DNA of 64,000 nucleotides from Enterobacter phage vB_Ent31: the sequence record OR567511.1; one strand, 5' to 3'. The position numbers and the translations under genes are program-made. This document shows, in pieces, positions 62,416-64,000 of this stretch. Each line of letters opens with the position of its first letter. The stretch's first letter is position 1. The notes under the pieces are model-generated. The model saw only the letters and a program-made list of their open reading frames with translations, was not told the DNA's origin and did no database searches.

Positions 62416-64000
62416 TTAAAGAACGAACTTCTCTGGGGTGTCTTCAACATCAATCATTGAAGCCAGCAGAGCAAGAATCTTGTTACTTTCCGATGTCTTT
62501 GTGGACTTCACAAATCCTTCAAAATCAAATGGGCTTGATTCGGGCTGAGGTTCGTCACTGTATTCTACCACTTCACCAGTTTCCATCAGAACATCGCCGT
62601 CATAAACAACAGCTTCTTCTAGCTGGTCAGCCGTCATTACTTCGGCTTGGATAAATTTCTGATTGTTGTAAACCATGCCATCATTATAGGAAGCGTCTGT
62701 AATTTTATTAATCTGGAGCATAGTACCGCGTGGAAGAATAACTTCCATTTCACCTGACATATTACTTAAGTCGCCAGGATAAACCACGTTAACTTTCTCG
62801 CCGCCAGTAATAGCCCAACCTAATGAAATGCGAATACGTTCTTCACCATATTCTTGAACCATTCTAATTTCTTGGTCTGGAACAATAGCAGTTTCATCTG
62901 ATTTATCAACTGTTAAAACAGCACGAGTATTATCAGAAGCCATTGCTACGCCTTGGTTACCTTTCCAACCACCAAAGATAATTGGAGATAAAGATGTTGA
63001 AACATAGTTTCTGAAATAGAATACTCTGTTCTTAACCATAGCTTCAAAAATTGGTTTACGAACTGACTGTGAACGCCATAAGGTAAGTCCTTCTGGAATT
63101 CTGTCACCGCGTTTAAATGCATCGTCCAAATTTTTGATAGCAGTAGTAACTTCTTTATAAGACAGAGTATCGTAATTGTCAGCTCTGTAACGGCCTAAAA
63201 GCATATTGTTGATGTCTGAATAACCGGAACCAACATACTCTTTAATGCCACGTTTTTCTGCGTTTGTATATTGAAGAGGCGTACGAGTACGAGTAATATC
63301 TTCAATAGTAGCAGAAACGTTTTTAGCATAACCTTGAAGAGCTGCTTTAATCATTTTGGTACGTTCAATGTTCCAAAGATTATTAGCCATATGTTCTTTA
63401 TATTCTGGCTCTAAGTTTGGAGAAATACGACTCATGATATGTTCCATCGCTTCATGCTTGCGCTCTTCTAATGAATCCAAAAGAGTTTGAGTATATGCCT
63501 GCATACTCTTAACAGAAGTTAATGGAGCATTGCCAATTCTTGATTCAAGTTCTTTTACGAATCTTTGTTCAAATTTCTCAGATTGGCTCAATTTAATCGT
63601 AGTTAACGATTTTAAATGGAAAATAGCACCAGTAGCTGCTAATTGAGCAGAACGAGCTTTAGCCGCTTTAGATTCTACTGCATCCTTCAATTGCTGAGCT
63701 TCTGGAATAGGATTTGCCGTTGCGGGTTTACTGAATTCGGCAGCAGTAGCTTCGTATTTTTCAAATTCTTCTGGGTCATGAATAATGTCAGAAGTTAAAG
63801 ATTGACTTGCTGCTACTTGACGACGAGATACCTTAGCACGAGCAATAACAGATTGGTCGGTACGTTTGTCGTTCTCTTGAGCAATAGTAGCTGCTAATGC
63901 TTCTGATTTAGAAACTTGTTTACCCGACTTATTATTGATGTAAACATCACCGACGGCGGTGTCGACCTTAGTGAACTCTTCTGTTGATATCTCTGGGATG
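62416..64000 (-). CDS. alt: Alt ADP-ribosyltransferase (packaged); 5' end outside the window
   Basis: The frame stays open to the window edge. R-S-ExE ART signature (FYFRNYVSTSLSP ... SGEMEVILPRG). Position after gene 54 as in T4. Confidence 0.7.
   Translation of the reverse strand, partial: IPEISTEEFTKVDTAVGDVYINNKSGKQVSKSEALAATIAQENDKRTDQSVIARAKVSRRQVAASQSLTSDIIHDPEEFEKYEATAAEFSKPATANPIPEAQQLKDAVESKAAKARSAQLAATGAIFHLKSLTTIKLSQSEKFEQRFVKELESRIGNAPLTSVKSMQAYTQTLLDSLEERKHEAMEHIMSRISPNLEPEYKEHMANNLWNIERTKMIKAALQGYAKNVSATIEDITRTRTPLQYTNAEKRGIKEYVGSGYSDINNMLLGRYRADNYDTLSYKEVTTAIKNLDDAFKRGDRIPEGLTLWRSQSVRKPIFEAMVKNRVFYFRNYVSTSLSPIIFGGWKGNQGVAMASDNTRAVLTVDKSDETAIVPDQEIRMVQEYGEERIRISLGWAITGGEKVNVVYPGDLSNMSGEMEVILPRGTMLQINKITDASYNDGMVYNNQKFIQAEVMTADQLEEAVVYDGDVLMETGEVVEYSDEPQPESSPFDFEGFVKSTKTSESNKILALLASMIDVEDTPEKFVL

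Overview
This window is a contiguous segment of a T4-like (Tevenvirinae, close to Tequatrovirus) myovirus genome. It is not a bacterial chromosome. Gene order and protein sequences match the T4 map around the tRNA cluster and the late structural module.

Reading left to right:
- 1-5.5 kb: minus-strand early/accessory ORFs, including a PspA/IM30-like coiled-coil protein, a Cys-rich ORF, and four tandem small membrane proteins.
- 5.7-11.55 kb: an expanded minus-strand tRNA cluster of about 20 tRNAs plus several tRNA-like elements. It is interrupted by about 3 kb of small accessory ORFs, one with a NADAR/YbiA-like domain.
- 12.5-16.3 kb, minus strand: an internal-protein gene with the MKTYQEF capsid-targeting signal, then 57B, 57A, 1 (dNMP kinase), 3, 2 and 4.
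- 16.9-47.5 kb, plus strand: the baseplate, tail-fibre, tail and head late operon. It runs 53, 5 (hub with lysozyme domain), 5.1, 5.4 (PAAR tip), 6-12, wac, 13-15, 16-17 (terminase), 18 (sheath), 19 (tube), 20 (portal), 67, 68, 21 (prohead protease), 22 (scaffold), 23 (major capsid) and 24 (vertex).
- 47.5-54.1 kb: rnlB (RNA ligase 2), 24.x-like ORFs, a short Hoc-like gene, an Inh-like gene, uvsW, uvsW.1 and uvsY.
- 54.8-62 kb: baseplate hub genes 25, 26, 51, 27, 28, 29, 48 and 54.
- 62.4 kb to the window end: a 5'-truncated alt ADP-ribosyltransferase gene on the minus strand.

Three homing-endonuclease-type ORFs sit in intergenic positions that are empty in T4:
- an HNH/NUMOD-type gene between 4 and 53;
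- an HNH-like ORF between 18 and 19;
- a GIY-YIG Seg-like gene between uvsY and 25.

T4 late promoters (TATAAATA), UUCG-tetraloop hairpins and rho-independent terminators are visible throughout. No CRISPR array or bacterial defence island is evident. The most unusual content is the expanded tRNA set, the non-canonical tRNA-like RNAs, and the accessory ORFs (PspA-like, NADAR, DprA/SLOG-like, the small membrane-protein cassette).
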